Shown here one piece after another: positions 63,502 through 64,000 of a stretch of 64,000 bases of DNA (within the stretch, counting starts at the first letter, position 1; each line of letters begins with the position of its first letter). Origin of the DNA: Podarcis melisellensis (taxonomy: Eukaryota); NCBI GenBank assembly GCA_964234715.1, contig OZ174279.1, one strand, 5' to 3'. Below the pieces are notes generated by a model that made no database searches, was not told the origin of the DNA, and saw only the letters and a list, made by a program, of their open reading frames with translations. Both the position numbers and the translations under genes were made by a program.

Positions 63502-64000
63502 GTGAGTGATGCCTCTCTTGACCCCTCCATCTCCTAGGCACACCTGAACCCAGGAGGGAATGCTCTAATCTGTCTTTATATATGATACACGGCCTTGATG
63601 TTGCTGGTCAGAGTGGTGCTTTGAACTAGCATTCCAAATATCATTGAAAGGGTGAGGGTGGAAAAGGTAGGGAGCAGATGTTCCATGTAATGGTTTTCTC
63701 AGGGGCCAAGTTTATTTTTGCTGTATGTTATTGTTTGAGATCAGTCTCTTGGATTTGATCATTACTTGCCACCAGCTAGCTACCCTGAGATTAAGGCAAG
63801 TGATAAAAAACCCAGAAAATTCTGCAGTCACATGCATTTTCTTATATATATATATAAAAGTGAAGTAGGAAGTAGCAGTGCTGGAATCAATCAGACAGTC
63901 TTGAGCCTCCCCAGCCCCTAGGCGCATGGCTTTCAAAGCAGAGGAGAGTGATCCTAAAAAGGTATGGGCAGTTTGTTAAGGGTAGTTCTTCTTATTCCTG

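Overview
Vertebrate genomic DNA from a squamate reptile, most likely a lacertid lizard (inferred from Sauria-type SINEs and other squamate repeats). The window holds most of TRIM8 (RING-B-box-coiled-coil E3 ligase) on the + strand: a CpG-island promoter (~3.3-4.7 kb) and coding exons 1-5 (6864-7433, 58646-58741, 59549-59782, 62370-62401, 63386-63501; 570/96/234/32/116 nt, all GT-AG). The last coding exon lies beyond the window. Intron 1 is 51.2 kb and carries hAT and Tc1/mariner-type MITEs, tRNA-derived SINEs, LINE tails, a Penelope-like fragment, an LTR-like element and microsatellites. I found no prokaryote-type system and nothing that is clearly a new biological system. The best leads are: (1) a solo-LTR-like element almost fully occupied by a 166-codon acidic, Trp-rich ORF with one premature stop; (2) a decayed antisense exon-like block in intron 1; (3) a degenerate hammerhead-like core in a Penelope fragment; (4) two SINEs with the same CR1 tail but different tRNA heads; (5) interleaved inverted TE pairs; (6) RFX X-box and TAATCCCC motif clusters; (7) a long uORF-rich, probably alternatively spliced 5' leader. 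All were read by eye and need computational confirmation.
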